Source: the human T2T-CHM13v2.0 reference genome, Homo sapiens. Taken from it: 64,000 nt of DNA. Shown piece by piece: positions 52,551 to 64,000 of this stretch (position 1 is the stretch's first letter; each line of letters begins with the position of its first letter). Below the pieces are notes generated by a model. The model made no database searches, had not been told where the DNA came from, and was given only the letters and a program-made list of their open reading frames with translations. The DNA lies in the NCBI RefSeq assembly GCF_009914755.1, contig NC_060925.1. One strand, written 5' to 3'. The position numbers and the translations under genes are program-made.

Positions 52551-53114
52551 ACTATGAAACCATTTGATGGTTGGATAAGAAAAGTATGATACCAGAATGA
52601 ATGAAACAGAATGCAGTGGAATATTTAGAATATATGAAACAATTTCTACTGAAAATAAAACTGACAATTCATATAGTAGCTGAAAGATAAACGACCGTTT
52701 TTGTGTTTGGCAACTAAAAAAAAAGTTCACTGAATCAAAGCCATAGCTAAATAATGAAGAATAAGTCAAAAACCATGAACACATGCTGTTCTATTTTTTT
52801 TACTGTGGTACTATCAGTTACTATACACTGAAATTCATTTAGTAGAATAAAAAAGCTATAGAAGCTATCAATATTAATGAAATACCTAAAAGCAAATTCA
52901 TTGCTTGAAGAAATTTATATGATCTTTCTCTATTGCACTTCTAATAGTTTCCAGCTTTAACAAATTGCACAGCTCTAGACCTACAGCCATTTCTGTTGTA
53001 GTTATGTGGAAAGTTGCCAAAAATATTTCCCGCTAAAACAGCTTTATCCTTTGTCATTTTACTGCTAAGATGCATACAACCATTTGTATAATAAATTTGT
53101 GAGAATAAAAGATG

Positions 53115-53150
<36 letters not shown>

Positions 53151-53423
53151 TATATTTGAAATGTCACTGTTCCTTAGGTTGAATAAGTTATTGTGACTCA
53201 CAATTGAAGTGTGAAGAAGAAAACCCCTAAATCCCTTTATGTTTGCTTGCTTCCAGCTGACAGTCAGGAATAGAGACCATAACAGGAGAAAAAGAGGGTC
53301 TGTACATACTTCATCAATTGTAAAACCCTAGCAAAAACAGCCAGTCACAAATTCCAGAGCTCTCCCAGTTCATATAACATCAATGTTATTTAAGTGAGAT
53401 ATTATTCAGGTTGGTGAAGTTTA

Positions 53424-54298
<875 letters not shown>

Positions 54299-54344
54299 TA
54301 GTTTTAATGAAGCATACTTTATATATCCCAAAATTCATGTTTGT

Positions 54345-55030
54345 AACTATAGACATATCTTGGACATATTGCAAGTTCACTTCCAGACCACTGCAATAAA
54401 GCAAATATCAAAATAAAGCAAGTCACACAAATTTTTTGGTTTCCCATGACATATAAAATTTACTTTGCCCAGATCCACCAGAGGAATCACTATATATGGG
54501 ACCTACGGCCTTACTAAATGTATTTCTGAAATAATAGGACTTCCAAGTCAAAATGACTTCTTGATCTGTGGGCTGCAGAATGGCTGTTGTGTTAGCAGGT
54601 GTGGAAACATTAATCTCCTTGTACATCTCCAACAGAGCTCTTGGGTGACTAGGTACATTGTCAATGAGCAGTAATATTTTAAAAAGAATCATGTCTCAGC
54701 AGTAGGTCTCAACAGTGGGCCTAAAATAGTGTTTAAACCATGCTATAAACAGATGTGCTGTCATCCAGGCTTTGTTGTTCCATTTATAGAGCACAGGCAG
54801 AGAAGATTTAGCATAATTCTTAAAGACCCTAGGATTTTTGGAATGGTAAGTAAGCACTGGCTTCAACTTAAAGTCACCAGCTGCATTAGCCCCTAAGAAG
54901 AGAGTCAGCTTGTCCTCTGAAGCTTTGAAGCCAGGAACAACTTCTCCTCTCTAGCTATGAAAGTCTTAGTTGGCATCTTCTTCCAATAGAAGGCTGTTTC
55001 ATCTACTTTGGAAATCTGTTGTTTCTCAAC
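54345..55030 (-). mobile_element. Tigger2-family DNA transposon fragment
   Basis: ttccagaccactgcaataaagcaaatat terminus; ORFs 54423 and 54905 give pogo/Tigger DDE transposase remnants ([24 protein letters not shown]; VDETAFYWKKMP). Confidence 0.85.
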
Positions 55031-55084
55031 ATGAGCAAAGCAGAAAAAAGAAAAAGAAGAAAAAAAATTTGAAGAAAATCTTTT

Positions 55085-57246
<2,162 letters not shown>

Positions 57247-57525
57247 TCCATAAATAAAAAGTACAGATAAAAAACATAAAGGGAGGAAATAAACATAATT
57301 AATAAATAAGAATACAAATGAATAAGAATAGTGGTTACCTTTAGGTAGGAAGGGAGGTTGTAATGGGAAAGGGCAGTCAGGTAGGCGTCTGTGGGTTGAT
57401 AATGTTCTGTTTCTTGATCTCGATAGTTTTCAAGCATTTACTTTGTAATAAATCATTAAGATGCACATTTTTGTCTCATACACTTTGCTGCATGTGTAGT
57501 AGAACTCATAATAAAAAGTTTACAA

Positions 57526-57815
57526 GGCTGGGCGCGGTGGCTTATGCCTGTAATCCCAGCACTTTGGGAGGCTGAGGCGGGCGGATCACAAGGTCAGGAG
57601 ATCGAGACCATACTAGCTAACATGGTGAAACCTCGTCTCTACTAAAAATACAAAATAATTAGCTGGGCGTGGTGGCGCGCACCTGTAGTCCCAGCTACTT
57701 GGGAGGCTGAGGCAGAAGAATCGCTTGAACTCTGGAGGCGGAGGTTGCAGTGAGCCAAGATTCTGCCACTGTACTCCAGCTTGGGCGAAAGCAAAACTCT
57801 GTCTAAAGAAAAATA
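57526..57815 (+). mobile_element. Alu
   Basis: TSD aaaagtttaca. Confidence 0.94.
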
Positions 57816-57823
57816 AAAGTTTA

Positions 57824-58366
57824 CAGTACTCACTCCTTATCCTCAGTACATATGTTTTAAGACTCCCAGTGGATATCTGAAACCACAAATAGTACCAAAC
57901 CCTACGTACACCATGTTTTTTCCTCTAAATATATGCCCATGATAGAATTTAATTTATAATTTAGGCACAGTAAGAGACTAATAACAATAACTAATGATAA
58001 AATAGAACAGTTATAACAATATGTCAATCTTGCATTTGGGGTCACTATTAAGTAAGATAAAGGTTACCTGAACACAAGCACTATGATACCATGACAGTCG
58101 ATCTGATAACCGAGTTGGCTACTAAGTGACTAATGGGCGGGTAGCATAGACAGTGTTGGATATGCTGGACAAGGGGATGAGTCATGTACTAGCCTGGATG
58201 GAGGGGGATGGTGTAAGATTTCATCAAGCTACTCAGAACGGCATGCAACTTAAAACTTATGAATTGTTTATTTCTGGAATTTTCCATGTAATATTTTCAG
58301 ACAGAGGCTGACTGTGGTAACTGAAACCATGGAATGCAAAACCATAGATATGGGTGAACCGCTGTC
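57824..58366. mobile_element. MER44/Tigger7-like DNA transposon
   Basis: TAcagtactcactccttatcc..ggtaactgaaaccatggaatgcaaaacc..ctgt termini. Confidence 0.7.
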
Positions 58367-58665
58367 TTTAAATTTATGGAACCAGTGTCACTTAATGAGA
58401 GAATGGTATAAATATTTGTTGACTCTCTTTCTTGGATTTAAGTACTTTTCTTAACCATATCTTTACTTACTCTAACAGGCTTACAACATCCTTTTCTTGG
58501 AAATTATCTTTTAGCAATTAATCTCTTTACTGTAGCTCTTTAGCTTCCAAGCTCTATTAACACCCTTTCACTGGAATCAATAGCTATAATTACTTTCCGT
58601 AGTAAGGGCATCTATTCTTGAATTGTCTATACTTCCTAACATGGGGCATTGTTTGTAGAACCCCA

Positions 58666-58960
58666 ATTTTTTTTTTGAGATGGGGTTTCACTCTGTCACC
58701 CAAGGCTTCAGTGCAGTGGCGTGATTGCAGCTCACTACAGTCTCGACCTCCTGGACTCAAGCAATCTTCTCCCCTTGGTCTCCCAAGTAGCTGAGACAAC
58801 AGGAAGCATCACCACACTCAGATAATTTTTATATTTTTTGCAGAGATGAGGTCTCACCACATTGCCCAGCCGCTAGTCCCAAACTCCTGGGCTCAAGTAA
58901 TCCTCCCACCTCGGCCTCCCAAAGTGTTGAGATTATAGGCATGAGCCACTGTGCCCAGCC
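58666..58960 (-). mobile_element. Alu (J-like)
   Basis: TSD accccaa. Confidence 0.92.
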
Positions 58961-59554
58961 CAAACCCCAAAATTTAATTTTGTGTTGTAACACACAAAGA
59001 TTAAGCAATAATTTGTATAACTGCAAGGTGTACAATATAAAGACAAAGCAAGTATATAGACTCATTGGGGACGAAATAAGCATCAGCCAGTTTTTCTGGG
59101 AATTTCCACATCTGCCTCCTATCATTGATTATTTTAATCTGTTTGTCTTCAGTTTTTGTCTACCCAACCCTAGTTCAAAACCCAGGCATCTGTCTAGAAA
59201 AAGCTTTCACAGTAACAGGAAATTTGATTTAGTGATAAGAAATATGAATAATCTTTTATTAAGACCAACCCATTATTTATTTTCTACAACTATACTAAAA
59301 GAACAGCTAAGTGAACACAGTTCAAATTATATTTTGATAGTAATTACAAAGCATATAGCTAACTATTGCTCCTATCTACCTTTCTAAATGCCTAAATGTT
59401 TCAACGTCCCCTGTAAGGTGAATAATAAGCATCAAAATATAGCAGATTAAAACAATTCTGCACCAAATTATGGTGACCCAGACTCTGGTCTACGAACTGT
59501 CATCAATTTGATAAACTTAAATAAAGGTAGTATTTTTATCATAAAATTTCTCAC

Positions 59555-59657
59555 TTTTGGAACATGAGGATTAAATTCCACAGCTCTATGAATTGCTTCC
59601 ACGGCATTAATTTCTGCTGTGCTTAATCCTCTTCTGGAGGCTGTTTCTGGAGAGAAT
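59555..59657 (-). CDS. ST7L: ST7L coding exon: (K)[34 protein letters not shown]
   Basis: ttcttgtag|A acceptor, AAA|gtgaga donor, 103 nt, phase 2 to 0; lies within ORF 59468..59674. Confidence 0.97.
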
Positions 59658-59815
59658 CTACAAGAAAACCACAAAATGAAAAAATAAATATGCTAAAAAA
59701 AAGAAAAAAAGTATGAATTTAGATAATAATACAGCCCCTTGAATCAAAAGAAGTTTCTGGAGATGGCCAAAAACAAAGCCAGAGGACTAACAAAAAAAAA
59801 AAAAAAATTAAAGCT

Positions 59816-60124
<309 letters not shown>

Positions 60125-60549
60125 GTATAGTCTTGTGGGTTCAACATAGAAAAAACAAAGCAGCATAAGGAATGAAAGTCTTCAAACTTAGGTAAAGAAG
60201 GCCTTCAGGAGAAGTCCACTGAAGGTACACTTTAGGAAAGGTAATAAAGTAATAAATGCAACACAGTGATATCCAGAGAATCTCATGAAATAGCAGTACA
60301 TTCTTATCAAATTCTTATTTGAGAGGACACAAATGGAAAATTCCATTCTAATTCATATCAAAGCATAAAAATCTAAGGTGAAAGAAAATGGCCACTATTT
60401 GGTTGGTTTCTGAGTATCTTACCTGCACAATAAAGAGAATTCACTAAGAGTAGCCAAAAATACAAGAAAAGCAGAAGAACTCAGAATTATACTCTAAGAA
60501 GAGATAACATAAGCCTATTTCCCTACTACACACTTTATCATCATCATCA

Positions 60550-60775
60550 TAGTTACTATTTGGTGTGTGTACTTTCTTTCTAGATATTGCTTTAGGCACT
60601 TACCACACATAATCCTCCTACAACCCTCCTGCAATATTAGTCTCATTTTACAGATGAAGGAGAGACTCAAAATGATTAACTTGCCTACAGTCCTATAGCT
60701 AAAATGTGGTAGAGTTTGAATTTGAGCTCAGGTTAGCTCTAAAAACTTTGCTCTTTCCACTACACACAGCAAGAA
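60550..60775 (-). mobile_element. MIR
   Basis: ctcattttacagatgaagg..aacttgcc..atttgagctcagg. Confidence 0.75.
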
Positions 60776-60913
60776 GCCTAAAAGCCCAAGAAGATCCAGG
60801 GCTATTCAGAAGGAAGTAGAGTGGAAAACAGCATTGTTTAAAGTCAGTAGAGGACAAGCATAATACTGAGTTTAGCAGTCTTTCCAAATCATTGTAGTTT
60901 TTATAACACGTAC

Positions 60914-60986
60914 TTTTCTGAAACAGTCCTTGTCTTCAACAGTGCTGCTGTGTAACAGATTGCTGCTGACTTTGGAAGGCTTATAT
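60914..60986 (-). CDS. ST7L: ST7L coding exon: (D)[23 protein letters not shown](K)
   Basis: gttacag|AT acceptor, AA|gtacgt donor, 73 nt, phase 1 to 2; resembles ST7 [25 protein letters not shown]. Earlier exons lie beyond the window. Confidence 0.95.
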
Positions 60987-61062
60987 CTGTAACGATAATT
61001 TTCAATTTAGGTAGGAATTACAAAAAAGGTATTGAGACAATTTTTTAATAAGAATAATTCAC

Positions 61063-61998
<936 letters not shown>

Positions 61999-62704
61999 TC
62001 AGGGGAAAAGGCATGGTATAATTAGAACTATGTAAAACCTTCACCTATTCATAGAGAAAAACTAATATTAGAAAAAAATTAAAATATTTAACAGTAGTTA
62101 AATCCAGGTTGATTCAACCGAGGGTGATATTTTTCTTCTTCCTAGATTTATTTTTCTTAAATTATTATTTTTTAGAAAATAAAAATTTCATCTGGAACTG
62201 TAGGTAAATTAATTATATCAATCATTCTCAAAAGAATATCCAAAATAATGCTATCAGAAGATGTTTCTGATCCCAGAATCATACTAGCAAATGGAGAACT
62301 AAGGAAGTAAATTTGCTTTCAACTTCCTCCAGATTCTGGAATGGTAAAAACTGGGACTCATGAAAATAACTGAAAATACAGAAGCATATCAACTTAGATA
62401 TGCTTTATTAGTTTTAGTTTTATTTTATTTTTAATGAATCAGGTCCTATTCCAGTTTGTTACATTCAGTCCCTAAGCTTGCTCATCATAAGTATTATAAG
62501 CAGGCCATGTATCCAGTAAGTTACATATGGAAAGAATTTCTCACAAATTTCTCCATGAGCCTACACTATTCTGAAGCATTGCTTAAGAATTCCAGATGTT
62601 TAAAAGAAGTAAACTTCTCTTTCCAAGTATAACACATTTCAAACTTCCCAAGTCATGGGGATTCCCAAGCAAATGGGTAGGAACCTATAACAGGACAAAT
62701 GTGA

Positions 62705-64000
<1,296 letters not shown>

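Noticed and set aside
58941-59387. 148-aa + strand ORF, the longest in the track
   Set aside because: Starts inside an Alu (MSHCAQP), AT-rich intronic composition, antisense to ST7L, no domain.

Overview
Human-type genomic DNA (Alu-dense, CpG-depleted) covering the convergent 3' ends of two genes. On the + strand is the last coding exon of WNT2B (2849-3078) with a long 3' UTR region and several candidate poly(A) signals. On the - strand are the last six coding exons of ST7L (60914-60986, 59555-59657, 38437-38587, 33170-33262, 24520-24659, 8582-8680). I assembled these by hand; they join in frame with GT-AG boundaries. The rest is intron filled with about 50 Alus plus L1, L2, MIR and DNA-transposon relics, and nearly all other ORFs in the track are repeat-derived or chance frames. 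I see no new multi-gene system. The most interesting signal is the apparent interleaving of the two 3' ends: (i) WNT2B poly(A) choice would set how far it overlaps ST7L antisense; (ii) a candidate distal ST7L terminal exon with a bidirectional poly(A) signal sits inside the last WNT2B intron; (iii) ST7L has several candidate C-termini, the main one built partly from a MIR SINE; (iv) ST7L introns hold candidate in-frame microexons and a poison exon. There is also a tiny non-repeat poly(A) insertion with a target-site duplication and several template-switch scars. Gene and repeat names come from recalled sequences, not a search; repeat boundaries are approximate.
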